This document shows, piece by piece, positions 60,844 to 64,000 of a stretch of 64,000 bases of DNA (the stretch's first letter is position 1; the number at the start of each line of letters is the position of its first letter). The stretch is from Thermodesulfobacteriota bacterium (GTDB lineage: Bacteria; Desulfobacterota_D; UBA1144; Nemesobacterales; JAJCZQ01), in the NCBI GenBank assembly GCA_965215275.1, contig OZ244044.1, positions 64,001 to 128,000 of the forward strand, read 5' to 3'. The notes under the pieces are model-generated. The model ran no database searches. It worked only from the letters and a program-made list of their open reading frames with translations, and had not been told where the DNA came from. Both the position numbers and the translations under genes were made by a program.

Positions 60844-61407
60844 ATGAAAAAAGGTAACTTGTTCGTATTTTCCGGTCCTTCGGGAAGTGGTAAGACCACT
60901 CTGGCTAAAAAGATAGCCAGCCAGTCTGATGATATAGTCTTTGTAATATCCTACACGACCCGTGTCAAAAGGGATGGAGAGGTGGACGGTAAGGATTATC
61001 ACTTTGTAACGATGCAGGAATTTAGGAAAATGTTGAGAAACAAAGAGTTTGCAGAGTGGGCAGAGGTATTTGGAAACCACTACGGAACACCTCTGAACGA
61101 GGTAAACGACCATCTGAACGGCGGAAAGGACGTTCTGCTTGAAATTGACGTCGAGGGTGCAAGGCAGATCAAAGAGAAGTTTGACCATTCAGTACATATT
61201 TTTATCCTTGCTCCTGATATGAAGGAATTAGAGAAAAGGCTTGTAGATAGAAATACCGATAAAAGTTCAGAGATAAAGAACAGATTGAGCTTAGCAGATA
61301 AAGAGATGATCAAAGGAAAGGGTTATGACCATACCGTTATAAACGACGAGCTTGACCGGTCACTGGCTGAAATAAAAAAGATCATAGAGATAGAGAAAAA
61401 TAAATAA
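60844..61407 (+). CDS. gmk: Guanylate kinase
   Basis: GPSGSGKT, SYTTR, YGT and IDVEGA motifs. Confidence 0.97.
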   Translation: MKKGNLFVFSGPSGSGKTTLAKKIASQSDDIVFVISYTTRVKRDGEVDGKDYHFVTMQEFRKMLRNKEFAEWAEVFGNHYGTPLNEVNDHLNGGKDVLLEIDVEGARQIKEKFDHSVHIFILAPDMKELEKRLVDRNTDKSSEIKNRLSLADKEMIKGKGYDHTVINDELDRSLAEIKKIIEIEKNK

Positions 61408-61462
61408 TAATTATAGATAAATACAGTATATATCTATAAATTACTTTAGGTTTGCTGGAACT

Positions 61463-63619
61463 ATGATAAGACTAAACGATATAATAGACAAGGTTTCATC
61501 GTACAGTACCTTATCAGAAGGCGACATAGATCTGATCAACCGGGCATACGTATATTCTGCTAAAGTACATGCGGGTCAGAAGAGAGCTTCGGGTGAACCT
61601 TATTTGAGCCATCCTTTGGAAGTTTCATCTATATTAGCTGATATAAAACTCGATGTTCCGACGATCGCCACAGGGCTGCTTCACGACACGGTGGAAGATA
61701 CCCTTGCCACTCTTGATGAGATTGAAAAGCTTTTCGGCAGCGACGTTGCGTTCCTTGTTGACAGTACGACCAAGATCAGCAGGTTAAATTACGTTTCCCG
61801 TCTTAACGATCAGGCGGAAAATATCAGAAAGCTCTTTCTCGCAATGGCAAAGGATATAAGGGTTATTCTGATAAAACTTGCCGACCGTCTGCATAATATG
61901 AGAACCATTAAGTATCTGGATAAAAACAGGATAATGAAGGTTTCAGAGGAAACCATAACCATATATGCCCCACTTGCACATCGGCTCGGTATTAACTGGA
62001 TGTACACGGAACTTGAAGACCTGTCGTTCAAATGCCTTAATCCTTATGATTACAGAAAGGTACACAGATATGTTTCGAGCAAGAAGAAAGAGTGGGAGAA
62101 CTACCTGAACGAAGTTAAATCAAAGTTGACCGATAAGTTGAGCGAGGGGCAGATAAAGGCGGAAGTTACGGGAAGGTTCAAACATAATTACGGGATTTAT
62201 GCAAAGATGAAAATACAGAGCCTTGAGATAGATAAAGTGCACGACATACTTGCTTTCAGGGTTATTACGAACGATGAGTACGACTGTTACAAGACCCTGG
62301 GATTAATACACGGCATCTGGAAGCCGGTGCCCGGAAGGTTCAAGGATTATGTGGCCCTGCCAAAGCCCAACGGGTACCAGGCTCTGCACACCACGGTACT
62401 GGGACCATTGAACGAGCAGGTGGAAATTCAGATAAAGACAAAAAGCATGCACGAGTATGCAGAGTATGGATTTGCATCGCACTGGAGATACAAGGAAAAG
62501 GTGAACGGGAATGCAGATCAGGATATGTACGCGTCTCTTAAAAAGATCATGGAGCATAAGGATATAGAGGACCCTATTGAATTTATGGAAGCTATCAGAG
62601 GTGAACTTATATCTGAGGTAATTTACGTTTTTACTCCCAAGAGTAAACTTATTGAACTGCCAAAAGGTGCAACGCCCGTGGATTTTGCATACGCTATTCA
62701 TTCTGAAGTTGGCGATTTTTGCAGCCGGGCCTTCGTGAACCGAAAACCTGCTGAACTGAACCACGAGTTAAAAACGGGTGACACGGTGAGGATCATAACT
62801 AATAAAGACCAGCATCCGGACCCTGAATGGAACTCGTTCGTGGTAAGTTCCAAGGCCAAGACAAAGATAAGGTCCTGGTTGAGAAAAGAGGAGAACAGAA
62901 AGTCCGAAGAAAGTGGAAAAACCATAATTGAAAGAAAGCTGAAGAAGTACGGTATACAGCTCAGTGAAATGATAAAGGATCAAAGCTGCCTGGACAGGTC
63001 GTTGAAAACCCTGGGACTGAAAGATATGAAAGAAGTGTACAGAGCCGTGGGGTTTGGGAATATTTCAGCTGATAGGGTAATTGAGGTCATATATCCGGAT
63101 ATTAACCTTGATTCACGGGAAAGAAAATCCAGGATTCATGATATTTTTCAGAATATAAGTAAGATCCAGTTCAGGAACGCCGTGACCATAAAGGGTTTTG
63201 ACAAGGTGATGGTCAGGTTTGCCAAGTGTTGTTCTCCGCTCCCTGAAGAACTGGTCTCTGGTTTTATAACAAGAGGAAAGGGCGTGGCAGTACACAGGCA
63301 CGATTGCTCTTACCTGCTTGACGTGGATCCTCAGAGACGAATAGACGTGCAGTGGAACGAAGAGTTTACCGGACAAATGCCCGTGAGGGTTTCGGTGGTG
63401 TATGCGGATGTACCGCAAAAACTGGCAAGAATAAAGCGGGTACTGCTGAGATCAGGTGCAAAGGTCATGAACGTGGAAAGTCACAAATTTGAAGTAGAAA
63501 AGATCAAAAGCGTTATGGAGATATTGGTGGAGAACGTGGATCATTTCAATTCCATAGTGGATTCTTTAAAAAAACTGAAAGACATAATAGTCGTGGAGAG
63601 GGTTTTAAAGAGGGTTTGA
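61463..63619 (+). CDS. spoT: Bifunctional (p)ppGpp synthetase/hydrolase (long RSH)
   Basis: Intact HD motif (LLHDTVED), KLADRLHNMRT, RFKDY, TGS domain, AKCC, ACT domain. Confidence 0.95.
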   Translation: MIRLNDIIDKVSSYSTLSEGDIDLINRAYVYSAKVHAGQKRASGEPYLSHPLEVSSILADIKLDVPTIATGLLHDTVEDTLATLDEIEKLFGSDVAFLVDSTTKISRLNYVSRLNDQAENIRKLFLAMAKDIRVILIKLADRLHNMRTIKYLDKNRIMKVSEETITIYAPLAHRLGINWMYTELEDLSFKCLNPYDYRKVHRYVSSKKKEWENYLNEVKSKLTDKLSEGQIKAEVTGRFKHNYGIYAKMKIQSLEIDKVHDILAFRVITNDEYDCYKTLGLIHGIWKPVPGRFKDYVALPKPNGYQALHTTVLGPLNEQVEIQIKTKSMHEYAEYGFASHWRYKEKVNGNADQDMYASLKKIMEHKDIEDPIEFMEAIRGELISEVIYVFTPKSKLIELPKGATPVDFAYAIHSEVGDFCSRAFVNRKPAELNHELKTGDTVRIITNKDQHPDPEWNSFVVSSKAKTKIRSWLRKEENRKSEESGKTIIERKLKKYGIQLSEMIKDQSCLDRSLKTLGLKDMKEVYRAVGFGNISADRVIEVIYPDINLDSRERKSRIHDIFQNISKIQFRNAVTIKGFDKVMVRFAKCCSPLPEELVSGFITRGKGVAVHRHDCSYLLDVDPQRRIDVQWNEEFTGQMPVRVSVVYADVPQKLARIKRVLLRSGAKVMNVESHKFEVEKIKSVMEILVENVDHFNSIVDSLKKLKDIIVVERVLKRV

Positions 63620-63623
63620 CGAC

Positions 63624-63673
63624 CTTGACCTCTACTTGACCTCTATTGAAACAAAATTAATTCGGTATATAAT
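63624..63673 (+). promoter_or_regulatory. Promoter with upstream 11-bp tandem direct repeat
   Basis: CTTGACCTCTA x2 (63624-63645), then TTGAAA-16 bp-TATAAT. Confidence 0.6.
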
Positions 63674-63685
63674 CAACATTCCGAT

Positions 63686-64000
63686 ATGCTGAGTTCTTTT
63701 TATAACAGGCGTAAAGTAAAAAAAAGCCGGGAACTGTTAAGATCAGCCAAGTTAATGATCACTGAAAACGGTGCGGAACTGGATTCAGGCACTCTGACCT
63801 CATTAAAGGATAAAACGTCTGTTCTTGAGAGGTCCATTAAAGAAGGAGATCTGAACAGTATCGGATCTGCCTGTGATTCACTTATAAACTCCCATCCGGA
63901 CACCCTCAGTAAAGTTAAAAAAACCCAGTTGAGGAGGAACGTTGAGTCAGTTCTGATCGCCTTGCTTCTTGCTTTGCTTATAAGGACGTTCATCGTACAG
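63686..64000 (+). CDS. lepB: Signal peptidase I (5' part; runs off window edge)
   Basis: Open frame ending RRNVESVLIALLLALLIRTFIVQ, the typical LepB segment just before the catalytic Ser; not in the ORF track. Confidence 0.75.
   Translation, partial: MLSSFYNRRKVKKSRELLRSAKLMITENGAELDSGTLTSLKDKTSVLERSIKEGDLNSIGSACDSLINSHPDTLSKVKKTQLRRNVESVLIALLLALLIRTFIVQ

Noticed and set aside
63700..63993. Minus-strand 97-aa ORF and other antisense ORFs across the window
   Set aside because: Shadows of well-supported genes on the opposite strand (here lepB)

Overview
A compact, AT-rich chromosomal window from a diderm bacterium. The protein style is Desulfobacterota/Dadabacteria-like, but this is not verifiable here. 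Most genes are housekeeping: glyQS, tRNA-Val(GAC)-thrS, infC-rpmI-rplT, tamB, rlmB, rarA, ccmABCDEF, rsmE, cobA-hemD, uvrB, rimP-nusA-infB-rbfA-nrnA-truB-rpsO-pnp-miaA, fused otsAB, PBP1A, malic enzyme, gmk-rel and the start of lepB. Four accessory features stand out. (1) An AAA+/wHTH/PD-(D/E)XK (DUF4143-type) gene whose promoter abuts a 9 x 24-bp tandem array with a palindrome in each unit. (2) Two paralogous acidic lipoproteins that look like circularly permuted tandem Cache domains. The second copy arose by segmental duplication, still trails decayed rplT and endonuclease III fragments, and has a G10 tract in its RBS. (3) A stand-alone tnpB with intact RuvC motifs, a ~65-70 aa N-terminal insertion, a probable omegaRNA, and related end hairpins in inverted orientation. 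(4) An arsS-type radical SAM cluster co-oriented with tlpA-ccdA. All calls come from reading the sequence and recognising motifs; no searches were run.
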